DNA of 64,000 nt from Azolla caroliniana (Eukaryota; Plantae; Polypodiophyta): assembly GCA_043228905.1 (NCBI GenBank), contig JBHGNT010000001.1:32054001-32118000 (forward strand), read 5' to 3'. Within the stretch, counting starts at the first letter, position 1. Every line of letters starts with the position of its first letter. Of this stretch, positions 14,117 to 25,514 are shown in pieces. Position numbers and translations under genes: made by a program. Under the pieces are notes generated by a model. It was not told where the DNA came from. It worked only from the letters and a program-made list of their open reading frames with translations, and searched no databases.

Positions 14117-15378
14117 TATGGTGTCGCTATGTTTTGCTTGCATGTGTTGTTCGAACGGGACCGCCGGGGCTTTGGACCGGGGAGACAAAAGTGGTGAGGA
14201 AGTGGGAGCTTATGATGTCAATGACATGGAGAACATATACATAAATTTGTATATAAAATAGGGTTTAAACAACAATTAGTTTAATACCACGATTTCGGTG
14301 GTTTTCTTTCGTACATAGAATTAGTTTCATGATTAAGAAAAACAACTATGAATCAAAATGGGTTTTTGTTTTCTTTAGAATTTATAGGCTTGACACCACG
14401 AATTAGGTGGTTTTTACAACAATCAATTATGAAGTAATCAAAGGCTAAAATAATCTAGCGAAAGCGAGTCTAGTGGGCTCCGAGCTCGACTACTTCCAAC
14501 GGCTATGTTGCCTCGATTCGGAGTAGCCCTCGTGCCACTACAACCTCCCTTCCGCAATTGGCCACTGAGTTGACCACCACCGAGATGCTGAAAAAGCCAT
14601 TGTTTAAGAAATCCAAACCCTAAAATCTCGAGTAAGAAATATAATAGGAGCAAAAATCACAAACCCTAAAATCATATGTCCTCTAATATGTTGAGGAGAA
14701 AAGAACCTCTCAAACCCTAACCCAAGAAGAAGATGAGAAGATGAAAACCTAGTGGTACACCCCTAAGGCAAAATGGGTGACCCCATAATAAGTCGTATTC
14801 CTCCCCTCTTATAGAGGAAAGAGGCGCCTATTTTAACATTACATGCTTCTTCTTTTTTTCCCTTTACCACAAAAATGGAACGGGAGCAAAATACTCTTTA
14901 ATTCATCACAAGAGAGACTCAAACTCTATACCTCCCCATGTATACTTATAAGCCTTAACCAGCAAGATACAACAACTTTATTTTGATTATTATATTTTCA
15001 TTCATATATTACTTTATGAGATGTGCGTGAAGCTTCATTTTTTCTCACACTACACACGCCACACCACGACATCCACCCCATCCAAACCGCACATCCTCTG
15101 GCATGTGCCAAAAAAAGTGATGTGGTGGGGCAAAAGGTTGTCAACTTTTCTTTTCTTTTCCTTCATTGCGCCTTGCCCGCGCGAATCCACCATCGTCTTC
15201 GACATCATCTCCATGTAATCTTCTTCGTCCATCTTTGTCCTCCCCTACCGCTCTTTCACGTCGGGTTCACCAATGTGACACATAAGCTCCCACTTCCTCA
15301 CCACTTTTGTTTCCCCGGTCCAAGGCCTTGGCGGTCCCATTCGAACGACACACGCAAGCGAAACATAGTGACAACATA
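14117..15378. repeat. About 100-bp imperfect inverted repeat pair (14117-14220 and 15277-15378) enclosing about 1.05 kb
   Basis: GTCGCTATGTTTTGCTTGCATGTGTTGTTCGAACGGGACCGCC...CAAAAGTGGTGAGGAAGTGGGAGCTTATG has a reverse-complement copy at 15277-15378; no clear TSD. Confidence 0.8.
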
Positions 15379-15761
15379 CAACAATCTTTGCCGACATCGA
15401 TTTTGAGTTGGTTCTCAGATGTCACAAGGGCAAACCTATCTCGGTTGTTTCGGCATGGAACACGCCTAAAATGCATAGGGTTTGATGGCTGTATTTCTTT
15501 TACACTTACATTTGGTGTCTCATTTCAATCGTGACCATAAGATTGACCATCACCCATAACACTTGTAACAGCTTCAATGACATTCCCTTCATTAGTTGAT
15601 TCTTCATCGTAGTGGTACTCATCAACAGAGAACTCATGAGAGAGCCCATTACTTTGTGGAGTCGGAGAAGAGGGGGCACTAAAGTAATATTCCTCCACAA
15701 AAAATGGTGAACCTATCGACACAAGATATTCGTCGACGGAAAATATTGAGTTTTGGTTCAT
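15267..15761 (-). pseudogene. Disrupted ORF of unknown function, divergent from the methyltransferase gene
   Basis: ORFs 15525-15761 and 15267-15476 share a frame and are separated by a single TGA, giving MNQNSIFSVDEY...GHD*NETPNV...ENQLKIDVGKDCCML. Confidence 0.45.
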
Positions 15762-16216
15762 TTTCTCAAAAAAATTAAGTTTAATAGATTCTCAAAAAAT
15801 GTCTGACAAAAGCTCAATAAAGGTGCTCTTGATCAATATAACATAGTAGATAACAAATGAAAGTGTATACAATACTTGGTTATATAAGTAGAATTAGTTA
15901 GTAAATGGTCAAATTTTAACTATGGTTAGTTATAGTTATTAATGTGTCAAATATTAATAAATTTAGTTATAATTTGTATAGTGTCTCTGGCCTTTTTAAA
16001 TTTAATACCAATGGAGCATAACTTTGATGGAAAAAAATTAGTTATAATTAGTTATAGGGTTATTTAGGGTCCAAACTTAGTTGTATTTAGTTACGAGGAT
16101 AAGTTAGTTATAGGGTTAGTACTAGTTACTAGTTAGTTATAGTTAGTATTAAGTCACTACTTACTAGTTGAGTTAGTTATAACCATAGTTGGAGTTAAAT
16201 AACCCTACCTATTCCC

Positions 16217-16224
16217 TATAAAAA
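16217..16224 (+). promoter_or_regulatory. TATA box upstream of the methyltransferase-like gene
   Basis: CCTATAAAAAGG followed by a CA-rich leader and an ATG at 16371 with a GTAGGT donor at 16406. Confidence 0.5.
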
Positions 16225-16370
16225 GGGAGACCTCCTCATTTTCAACGCACACAAAACACGAAAACGCACGAGCGCATAGACAGCGCATACGCATAGGAGC
16301 ACCAACACAAACAACGAAGACGATACCCCGCATGCACACGATCCCATGATCCAACAGGCAACTCCTTACC

Positions 16371-18716
16371 ATGTCCAGCAAGAAGATTGCGAGGTCAGAG
16401 TCCATGTAGGTCCTCTCTACCCTAATTGTATGGACGTTTTTCAAAATTGGGTGTAGCGTTGTGTATACAAAGATACAACGTATCAAGTTACGGTTGGATT
16501 GTGCACAACTCGATATAGTGTATCGAGTTGGAGTACATGAGGCCCAAACTCGATACAATGTATCAAATTGGGGCACATGAAGCCCAAACTCGATACATTG
16601 TATTTGTTGCTAATAGTGCTCGGCCACAATGTAGTCTCAATCACAATGGAAGAAACAGAACATAAATAAGTTTAATGCACTTACATAGAATGAGACGACA
16701 AACAAAAGCATGGAGCAAAGTTATATCCTGCTCTTAGAAGTCAATGCCTTCATGAGGTCGGTATTGTGGTGGACGATCAAGTAAAGTCTGAGGGCATTAG
16801 AAAGTATGAATCGTGGTTCTAGCTGGCCTTTAGAGATGGAGAAGTGTGGGAGTTACAAGACCGGATATTCACAATGTGGGAGAACAAAGAGGTCAAAGGT
16901 CAAAGACAAAAGAAATTGAAAGTTGACCCACATCTAGAATTGAAGTCTAATGCTGCCAAGAAGATTGAATTGACAATAGAGGAAGTTGTGGATGACATGA
17001 AGTTGTCTCATTGGCAAGCGATGCAAGGAATCAAGGATGAGCAACTTCTTGTGTCAATTTTGTCAAGAATCGTGGCAAAAGAGCTCAGCCTTGAAGAAAT
17101 GGTGACTGAGTTTAACAATTAGTTATAATATTTCTTGTATTAGTTATTTTATGTTTTAAGTGTTCTAAAGTTAACCTAATAACAATAGTCATAAGGTCTA
17201 CATGAAGATCCAAGAAGTGATGATGAAGCAACTTGGTTGCTTATCTTGGGACCAAGTCCCCGAAGATTACCTGACAACTTCCTCCTACAAGGCATTGTCG
17301 GAATATTTTATTGCTTTTAAAGATTGGTTATTATTTCTCTTTATTTAGGCTTATAAGTATAATGTACAGTAACAATATTAAGCTTTGGTTCCACTGTTTC
17401 GTTGGTATTTGTAGAAACCATGTCGAAGTAAGAAGGTTGGTGAAGTAAAGATATACATGACTTCCCAACTTCTTTTCTAGCACACCTTGAAAGGGCCCGT
17501 AAGGAGAAGGATCGACGCTTAATCAAAGTGTATGACGTTGACGATGACGACACTTTCAAAAAGTTTGGCCACAAGAAGGATATCACCCGCAATTTATTTT
17601 ATAATGTTTATTGTGATGATGTGGCAGACATGATCCAAAAGTTGCCGAAGAAAGAGTATACACTTCTGATCGCAGACATACCATACGACTTTTGTATGGC
17701 TAGATCATCATACGATGATGAACCGTTTAGGTTCAAACAACTGGAGAAAATGGTCAAGGATTTCGCATATTTGACCGCAACATCCTTGTGGAGAATCGTT
17801 GTGTTTCATTCGATGGATCCAGGATATTTTGTGGCTCAAGCCTTGAGAAGTCATTGCCATGGAACTGAGAACCTCGCTTGGTAAGAGTTTTTACTCGATT
17901 TCTCTATTGTATAATGTTTTGCTTTGTATTGGTCCTATTACAATCAACATGTCATTGTGCCTTTTTGTTTTTTAATTCTTATTGGTAGGATTAAGACCAA
18001 CGTCAATAGAGGACCAACTTTTCGGTTCGTGAATGTGATCAAATATATAACCGTTGGTTATTTCTATGAAATAAAAAAGCAAAGTATAAAGGAGCATTCA
18101 AACGAGGTTGGGGGTTCAAATTTGTTGGTTCATCCAGCAGTTACGCGAAATTTACAACATGTCACCACAACCGACGTACCCGTACCAGAAACCTCAACGT
18201 TTGATAATGCGTCTAATCAAAATGTTTTCCAGCGAAGGTGATTGGATATGCGATCTTTTCTCTAGCACGGTGGCACGTTTTTTTCGCAATGTTGATTGTG
18301 GTCAATGGATACTAAAATCTGACCTTAGGCTAAGACATTCGCTTCTTTGTTTGGTAAGAGGTACTACATCTGCATGTGCTTTGAAACTCTTTCGAAACAT
18401 TGTGGCATTGGAGAAGGATGAAGAGCAAGTAAGTTTCATTAACATGAGGATTAGAGTTTTGTGGGAATGCCTAGATCAAGACGAGGAGGTTGGAGCAAAG
18501 CACATCGCAGATACAGAACGTTTCCAAACTGCCTCTCGTGAGCCTATTCCTCCATTGGTCGGTGAACCTAGGGAGCTTATAGAACTAGATGATGAGCTTG
18601 TAGAGGACCCCACGGTCGCCAAATTAATTGGGGAGGATAACCAGGCAAATGATTTGGATGAGAGTCCTGGAAAGGACGACGAGCAAAACAATGAGGACAC
18701 CGTGATTGCCATGTAA
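16371..18716 (+). pseudogene. Intron-containing beta-class DNA N6-adenine/N4-cytosine methyltransferase (N6_N4_Mtase-like) fused to a long N-terminal region; decayed copy
   Basis: NVYCDDVADMIQKLPKKEYTLLIADIPY (motif IV, 17675-17686); NLAW|IKTN across the canonical intron 17881-17988; YPYQKPQRLIMRLIKMFSSEGDWICDLFSST-[90-nt in-frame insert 18271-18360]-GTTSACALKLFRNIVALEKDEEQV (motifs X, I, II). Lesions: TAG at 16820-16822 and frameshifts near 17445 and 18165. The start position is tentative. Confidence 0.85.
16465..16605. repeat. Four palindromic GATAC-NNN-GTATC units at exact 40-bp spacing
   Basis: GATACAACGTATC (16472), GATATAGTGTATC (16512), GATACAATGTATC (16552), GATACATTGTATT (16592). 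Confidence 0.85.
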
Positions 18717-20354
18717 ATACTTGTAATGACACTACATATCCTAAAACTGTAAGAAAACAATATTGTATAATTATTCTCATTATAATCATACTGGATCATT
18801 TTTGCGTATATAAGTATCTTCTTATTAATTGTTTCTATATTTTACATTTGAATTGTAAGTTTCATTGTTTGTCTAAAGTTTAATTTGAGAAGGAAGAGCA
18901 TATTCGGTTAGTGTATTTTTATCTATGCAATGTTATGTGACGACTTGAATTGTTGCAGTGTTATTAACGGTTAGTGTGTTTTTATAAGCGAATATGAGCC
19001 ATTGTTTGATACAATTGCAATGTTTTTAACGACTTGAATTGTAATTATTATGTGTTTGCTATAGTTGGTGGTACAACATGTTTGTTTTAGGACACATCTT
19101 ACTTTATTTGGAAGGATTACCTCACACTCGCGTTAGTTTACAATAGTTTATACCCAAATGTTTATCTTGCAACACTTAAGAACATGTAAATGTGAACTTG
19201 CTAAACTAACCACAAGTTTACATCCTAAAATGGTACATGTAAACTGTATGGGTTATATCCTCCAATAGAATATCGAATACAACAAAAAACATTTCACAAG
19301 CGTAAGTACTTATAATGCACCAAGATTCAGTCGACTTGTTAGATAAAAATGCGTATACCACGTTCATATGGTGGGATTTGGCACCATTTTATATCTAGGT
19401 ATAATTGACCGACTTTATTATCCAAAAAGTTTCGAACGCTTAATAGTGAATCAAATAACCTTTAAAATGTCTCAAATGCCTAAACGTTTGATTGTGATTG
19501 TATTAATTAGATTTGGTCTCTTAAATTCATCGACTTCAGAAATGTTCTTGAGACTACAAGTTTAATGGATTTCTACCAACTTCTTGAAATTATCAATAAA
19601 GTTTAATGGATTTTTACCAACTTCTTGAAATGATTAATAAGTCATTTGTGGTGACTCTATACTAAAATACGTTTTGATCTTAGAAACATCAAACTTATAA
19701 TTAATCAATCCAAACGCGATTTAATTAAAACAAATTGTTGATATTTAGTCAATGTTGAGTATTTTATTTGGTTTTAAGAATATGTAATTCTAGTGTATCA
19801 AGATATTGTACATAGCCGAAATTGCGTAATTGTAGAAGGAATCTAAAAAGTGGAAGGAATCTATAAAAATGGAATCCACGATCCTTCCAGTTCAGAACGC
19901 GAACGTGTTATATATGCTTTCTGCTCAAATCGCATTTTTAATTCCTCGCCGAGTAGGACGAAGAGGTCGTGGATTTTTCTGTTCCATCAATATCTTTCTT
20001 CTTCACATCCTCAAAAGTTAATCCCATTTCTCCATAGATACGCTATTCCTCTTTCTGCCATACCTCCGCGCTCGATCATTCGAATGAATGGCCTGATGGA
20101 TCCATGAGGCTTGCAACTCACCTTGCATCCGGTGGATTCAGACATACTTTACTTGTCAGCCCATTGATCTTGAAACATTATAGACGATCCGCCATAATTT
20201 GTGCGAGAATCTGGATGCAGATGATCTGTGAAAAAAATTCCCCACCGCGTCATTTTTGGTACCAATCAACAGCGGAGGGTCTCCTCCAAGTCACACCTCT
20301 GATTGTTTGTCCCTCAAAAAACCGGGCGGCCTCACTTCGCTGTGGATCATCGAC

Positions 20355-21265
20355 ATGTCGAGCTTAAGGCAACAAATACATGAGGCTGGGCAAAGATTCT
20401 TCGACGGATTGACGGCAGATGAAAAGTTAGGGCTTGACTGCAAATTCATTGATCTGGATGAGAATGGAGACGGGAGAATCTCGGTCCAGGAGCTTCTAGA
20501 CAGGCATACAATCCTCAACGGAGGAGTTGTACATGATAAGGTTAGGATGGTGTTTACCTTGGTGGACGAAGACCAGAACGGCACCCTTGACTTCGACGAG
20601 TGCAAGGCACTCTTCTTTCTGTTCGCCTGCGGACATTTTTGCGGTACGTGCAGGAGTCTGATAATGCATGATGGCGTCCTGTGCCTAGACTGCGTACTCG
20701 ACCTTTGCTCTTCCTGTACTCGTACTCATACTCATGGCCATCGCCACGACCGCCATCGCTTTCAAGCCCTTCCGCTCTTGCTTAGTTACTGCCACCCCCA
20801 GCCACAGTTTCATCATCCTGATCCCGCCCATGAACAACAATTTGTAGCACCGGACACCACCGCCGACGAGGTAAGAAAATTAACATCATAAAAACACACA
20901 CTCACACACACAGAGTAACTCCTCTGGACCCAATTTAAACTACCACAAGTTAACCTCAATTCTTATCATTTTCTATTTCTACCACATCTCCCTTGTATAC
21001 GCCATTGCTAATAACATTTGCCCCCTCCCTTGTATTGCCCCGATTGCAGGAGGAGGAGGAGGAGGAGGAGGAGGAGGAGAAGGAGGAGGAGGAGGAGGAG
21101 GAGGAGGAGGAGGAGGAGGAGGACGCTCCCAACAACACTCGACGCTCCAGGAAATCATTGGCTACCGCGATTCATGTCGTGGATACTGTCTCTAAAGTCA
21201 TTATTGTGGCCGGTAAAGTCAGTATTGTGGCCGGTTCTGTGGCCGGTTCGTGTCCTATGATGTGA
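20355..21265 (+). CDS. Calcium-binding EF-hand pair + Cys/His zinc-finger (ZZ-like) protein with poly-Glu tract and C-terminal CaaX motif
   Basis: Exons 20355-20870 and 21050-21265 (GT-AG, phase 0). EF loops DENGDGRISVQE and DEDQNGTLDFDE; CGTC...CLDC..DLCSSC...H.H; ends in CPMM*. Confidence 0.85.
21047..21123. repeat. (GAG)n coding microsatellite (poly-Glu)
   Basis: Directly visible. Confidence 0.9.
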
Positions 21266-21649
21266 AGTACCAACAGATAGAGACCAGTTTTGAGTGATTG
21301 ATATGGTATCCATGTACCATCAATAACAATATGAATTCAAGCTCCTTACAGTAATGATTCCATGAGAGGACATATTAACAAATCTGTACTTATTATTTAT
21401 TCAAATAATGTTTATTGTATATATTTTACCATGATCAATCCATCACAAATCTATGTGTACTTATTAATTATGGTTCGAACCCCCCCAATAATAACATAAC
21501 AATTGGATTATGATCTCCATCTCATAATTTGGATTGGCATACTGAATGAAATAAAGACCCATTGTAGAGGTCTCACATAACAAAAGGTCAAAAACTTGCA
21601 AAACATCTGTCATAAATATTTCTTTAACGTTACTAGCAATAAGGTACTA

Positions 21650-24410
21650 AGTAAACCCCATGCTAAATCCCAGTGCTCTCTTCCTTGCAATCTGACTTAT
21701 TAAGATTAAAGAGATATATGCTTACTTACGACACTAATGACGATAATATCTGGTCTTGTATTACCCATAGCATACGTTGAGGAACCAATTGGTGAAGAGT
21801 AAGGAATTGAAGACATCTCTTCTTTTTCTTGCTCGGTATGTGGATAATAGTTTCTACACAATTTGAAATGACTAGCTTCAATCCTCTTATCTATAAGACT
21901 TTGGCTTATCAATATCCTCATGGTCTTCGTCTTTATAGGAAGAATCTCCATGTATAGCATCTTCCATTGTTGGAACGAGGGCAAAATCAATAAGACCATT
22001 GTCTTGTCTTCAATGTTTTGATCATCGACAAATACTAAATCATGACTTCGAATCATTTTCCTTTCCCTTGGGTTATAATATCAATAACCAAACTCATCTT
22101 GACCATACCCAATAAAGACACGTTGTCTAGATTTAACATAAGATAACTTAAACCTTTCATCTTTAGGTACGTGCACAACCAAACACATGTAAATGATCAT
22201 AAGAGACAAACTTACCACACCAAACTCTATTAGGAACATCACCCTACAATGCAACATATGAAACAATATTTAAGGCCTCTTACCAAAAAGATTCAAACAC
22301 ATTCACATATGAGAGCAAACATCTAACTATGTCCACTAGAGTTCTGTTAATCCTTTCTATCAAGTCATTCAATTGTGGGGTTTTTGGTGGTGTCTTTTTC
22401 AGACGCTTAATATCATGCTCTCAACAATATGCACTGAAGGATCCATAATATCCACGACCAATATTGGCGAGAATGCATTTTAACTTCCTTCTTGTCTCTC
22501 TTTCAAAAGAAACATGAAGTTCTTTAAACACATCAAATATCTGATCTTTTGTTTTCAATGTTGGAACCTAGAGTTTTCTAGAATGATTTCATCAATGAAA
22601 GTAACAAAGTAGAGTGCACGACCTATTCACTTTAAAGGGCCGCAAACATTAAGTACACCAACTCAAGTACCTCTTCCTTTCTAGAAGAAGAATGGTGTTT
22701 GAAGGAGATGCTTCTTTGGTTTCCAACAACCTTGTGATTACACATGTCTAACTTCACATCTTTTATACCTGGAAGCAAGATTCTCTTTGAGCTAGGAAAG
22801 GAAGTCCCTTCTCACTGATGTGAGACAACCCTTTATGTCAAAGCTTTGACGTAATGTTGCTTTGAACTACAACCTACAACCAAGGAGCCCCTTACTTAGT
22901 TAAATTGTCCCTCATTAAAGATGTTGTAATAGCAATCATCATCTAACCTTCCAATGTAGATAAGATGTAATCAAATATTAGGTACATGTCTTACCTCCTT
23001 GAGAATCGATTTTGATGTTGTGTTGGTCTCGAAACAAATAGTTTCTTTGCCTACCACCTTTGATATTCCATCATTTCCCATCTCTACAACTCCAAAAATC
23101 ATCGGAAGTACAAAAAGTAAAAAACTATCTTCTAGATGTGACTTGGAATGATGCCACAGTACCAATAACCTAATTAATTTCATTGTATAGTAATTAGGTT
23201 CTCATCATAAACAACAAGTAAACCATAAGTTGCATTAACATGATGGTCACAATTATCGCCATCACCTTTCTTTTATGATTACTATTAGATATGTGGTTCT
23301 CCCTTTTTCTATTTGAAGCAATATCATTTTATGTGTCCTATTTTGCCACAAAAATGACATTCTAAATATTTATATTTGGCCTTTGATTTACTCATGCTCC
23401 TCCCTTAATCATTTTGACCTTGGCCTATATGCCTACTGTTGAGAATCAAGCTCAACATACCACAACGTGTGAACACACCTTTTGAGAATCTATGATTACT
23501 CAAAGGTTAAGAGTCACACCACTACTCTCTACACATTAACTATGTGTGATAGAATCATATTCTATGACACATAACTAATGAGTTACATATTCCCCATGAT
23601 TATGAGTCTTCACATTCCCCAAGAGAGAGAGTGGTTGTTGTAAAGTTAATGAAGAGAGAGGGTGACTCTATATAAAGCACCATCCTCATACTTCATACTA
23701 AGCCGATTGTGACTCATTGTTATGCTACATTTTGTAAATCTCATTTTACTTGTGAATATACACCTTCTTCTTGAGTATTCCATTTTCTTATCATTTATCT
23801 ATCTTGAGTTCTCTTTTCTCTCCACTCTTCTTCTCTCACACATATACACACATAACACACATCTATTCCACTACACAAGAATCTCCATTGATTCTTTACA
23901 CCTACTCTTCCCTCTATTTCCAACCATCAAGACCTTTGAGAGTGACGATGTTCCTTGTGTCGTTTGTTGCATTTATTCGTTTAGAACACTACTCTTTAAT
24001 TATTCTATGGTCACATTTCCATTCGGGGTTGCATTAGTTAAAGACATCCCAAACGTTTTCCGTGAGTCAAGAAGGGTGTTTAGCCAACAAAGCAAAAAAA
24101 TGTAGTCATCAAATTTTACTCTCATACCAAAAAGTTGATGAAAACATCCTAGAAATTCATTTAAATGATCAAAGACACAATTACCTTCTTTATACATTAA
24201 ATGCATTGCTCTTTTAAGAAAAAACAATTTATTATTACTTGTCTTAGATGCATATAAAGTTCCCAAGTTTGTTCCATAAAGCTTTGACATTAGTTTCATT
24301 CACAAGAGGGTTTAAAAGAGTATCTCCTACCCATTGTTGAATAAAATCACATACATGTTGGTTCGCATTTGCCTCCATAAGAAAGTGCTAAAACCTGGCA
24401 TTGATACCAC
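21650..24410 (-). mobile_element. Degenerate Ty1/copia LTR retrotransposon internal region (gag-pol) with primer-binding site
   Basis: gag LYASKTSNNKLF..DHLNEF; protease VEMGNDGISKVVG..LKEVRHVP; integrase VHVPKDERFKL..VFIGYGQDEFGY; RT IPYSSPIGSSTYAMGNTRPDI; Met-tRNA-type PBS (TGGTATCA on the minus strand) at about 24399-24406. Confidence 0.88.
23437..23900 (+). mobile_element. Solo LTR nested in the copia element
   Basis: TG...CA termini, 5-bp TSD CCTAC (23432-23436 and 23901-23905), internal TATATAAA. Confidence 0.85.
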
Positions 24411-24704
24411 TTGATTGAATACCCAAGAACACTTTACCATTTATATAAGACAAAGGTTATCTTGTGAAAATTATTCAAGGAAAAATGCAAAATACACAAG
24501 AATAATTTATGCACTATATATATGACAATTTTAATGTCAAAAACCCTCAAGGAGGTAAAATTAAATAGGACGTAATCGATAAAGAATTCACTTTCAACAT
24601 ATAAAATTCGTACACCAAAGTTCTACTTTAAATATGTTAGAGTAATCTTTGAAAATACTCTTTGCTTCAAGATGCTCAATAAGTGAAGACATCTATACTA
24701 GAAC

Positions 24705-24847
24705 CATAGATTGATCCATGCGTAATATTCGTGGTATTCTACATCCGCAATATTTGCTATATTCAAGAATATAAAACGGCCCCAAGAATATTATAAAACC
24801 ATTCGTTTAGATGTATACATACATACATACATACATACATACATACA

Positions 24848-24880
<33 letters not shown>

Positions 24881-25514
24881 GTGTATACACACATATCACT
24901 CATATATGTATATACACAAATACATCAATAATTAATTAACTCACTAATATAATAATTAATTAGTTTACTAATACATTAATTGATTCACTAATGCATTAAT
25001 TGATTCACTAATACATTAATTAATTTACTAATACATATCTTAATTCATTCAAAAATATTAGTTATTAAGTTAATTAATTAATAATCAATTAATTAGGGCT
25101 TCTACTAAACTTAGGGTTTCAGTGAGAGCCTGAGTTGAGGACGTAGGGTTTCAGTGAGAACAGGATGTAGGATTAGAATAAAGCATGAGAGGGAGTTGAG
25201 GACGTGGGCTCAAAAGAAAGTACTACTGTCTAAATTAGGTTTATGACAGAAATTAGGGTTTTCAGCTGAAACCCTCATTTTCTGGCTGAGAACAAGATGC
25301 AGAGGGAAGCGAGGGCGGACAAGGAGTTGGGTGAGGCTTCCTCGCTCGCTGCTCGCTGTTCGTTCACTCGCTCAGATGAAGAAAAACTGTTTTTTATTTT
25401 TTATTTAAAAAATTCAAAAAAGAAGAAGAAAACGAATATATTTATATGTATTCATATTCCTATTCGTATGGATTCGTGGGGTAGCCCCCATGAATGCGAA
25501 TATTTCAATCTATG
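24705..25514. mobile_element. Non-autonomous hAT-type DNA transposon
   Basis: Terminal inverted repeats CATAGATTGA...TCAATCTATG; 8-bp TSD ACTAGAAC (24697-24704 and 25515-25522); contains (TACA)n and AT-rich repeats of about 20 bp. Confidence 0.88.

Noticed and set aside
16465-16605. CRISPR-like array
   Set aside because: Only four units with a 40-bp period, the intervening sequences resemble each other, there are no cas genes, and the context is eukaryotic
16371-18716. Bacterial contamination as the source of the methyltransferase
   Set aside because: The gene has a correctly phased GT-AG intron, shows pseudogene decay, and is contiguous with plant TEs and genes
21018-21260. Poly-Arg and poly-Ser ORFs
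   Set aside because: Alternative-frame and antisense readings of the (GAG)n tract in the EF-hand gene
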